The notes below the pieces were generated by a model. The model saw only the letters and a list, made by a program, of their open reading frames with translations. It ran no database searches and was not told the DNA's origin. 64,000 bases of DNA from Raillietiella orientalis (Eukaryota). How positions within the stretch are numbered: position 1 is the stretch's first letter; each line of letters starts with the position of its first letter. The translations under genes and the position numbers were made by a program. Positions 63,281 to 64,000 of the stretch are shown here, piece after piece. Location: assembly GCA_036172245.1 (NCBI GenBank), contig JAYWIR010000001.1, positions 4,340,001 to 4,404,000 of the forward strand, in the 5' to 3' direction.

Positions 63281-64000
63281 CAGTGCTGGTGGTTTCCTAG
63301 GTCCTCCTTGTGTAAGTATCACGCCTTCGCGCGGCATCTGCTGAGCGTGCATCCCGTTCCTCTGCCTAGGAGCGAGCGGCAAAGGGTCGTTCGCTGGCAA
63401 AGGACGGCATGCATGCATGCGTGCGTGCGTGAGTGCGTGCGTGCATGTGTGCGCGCAAGGGACGTGGATCCTGAAGAGCGTTTCGGAAACGTAATCTCCG
63501 GCATCCCTGTGTTCACCCTATGTATCCCGTCTTGTAGGATTTCCCGAAAGGAAAGGCGACGACGCAGCAGCAGCAACAGCAGCAGCTCTACCCAAGCTCC
63601 TTGTTATGTAATACGAACGTTGCGTTTCCAAGTGCACACACGCATCCGAGGGCAGCTTGCCAGCGGCAAAGAACTCGAGGGCACGCGCACTTTCCTTCCT
63701 TCCTTCCTTCCCCCCTTCCCTTTTTTTTTTTTTTTTTTTTTTGTCTCCCCCTCTCATCCTCCCGTGTGCTGCAACGGACCGGATGATGGTGAACTGACCA
63801 GTGCACTAAAGGTCCCTTCTGCGAAGAGCATGGCGTCCTTCCTGCCTCGAAAAAGACCGCCACTTGCCTTTTATCCCACATATAGCAATAGAGTGTCAAG
63901 AAGGACGCCTGGAACTTGCGTCGGGAAGTGATTCTTCACTTGTGATGTGAATTCTTGTTGCATAGCAGAACGAAAAGTCTTTCACCGATCCCTATTTTTC

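Noticed and set aside
1..64000. Hundreds of 60-430 aa ORFs in the six-frame track as genes
   Set aside because: They overlap on all frames, are R/P/G/S-rich, often start at GTG/TTG and show no intact domain. This is expected in GC-rich eukaryotic non-coding DNA.
63281..64000. Polyadenylation site or Musashi-element cluster in the 3' UTR
   Set aside because: No AATAAA and no GTAGT cluster seen; the UTR probably extends beyond the window.

Overview
Eukaryotic (animal, probably invertebrate), GC-rich and CpG-rich genomic DNA. Almost all entries in the ORF track are spurious. One gene can be assembled by hand: a complete Musashi-family (msi) two-RRM RNA-binding protein gene on the + strand, with 13 coding exons from about 21148 to 63280 and about 425-429 aa. 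All introns are GT-AG and phase-compatible. Exons 2-9 and the last exon are near-certain; the first exon and some C-terminal exons are less so. Most of the remaining sequence (upstream 20 kb and the large introns) appears to be heavily decayed Ty3/Gypsy pol fragments (RT, RNase H, integrase) on both strands, a few AT-rich hAT-like transposase relics, and microsatellites. These relic calls are by-eye motif matches across frameshifts, with approximate ends. I found no demonstrably new system. The best leads are regulatory: three identical Musashi-binding-type motifs in the gene's own leader, a second first-exon candidate with tandem donors, a stop-free in-frame intron inside RRM2, alternative and poison acceptors, and an intronic 21-bp minisatellite with codon-like variation.
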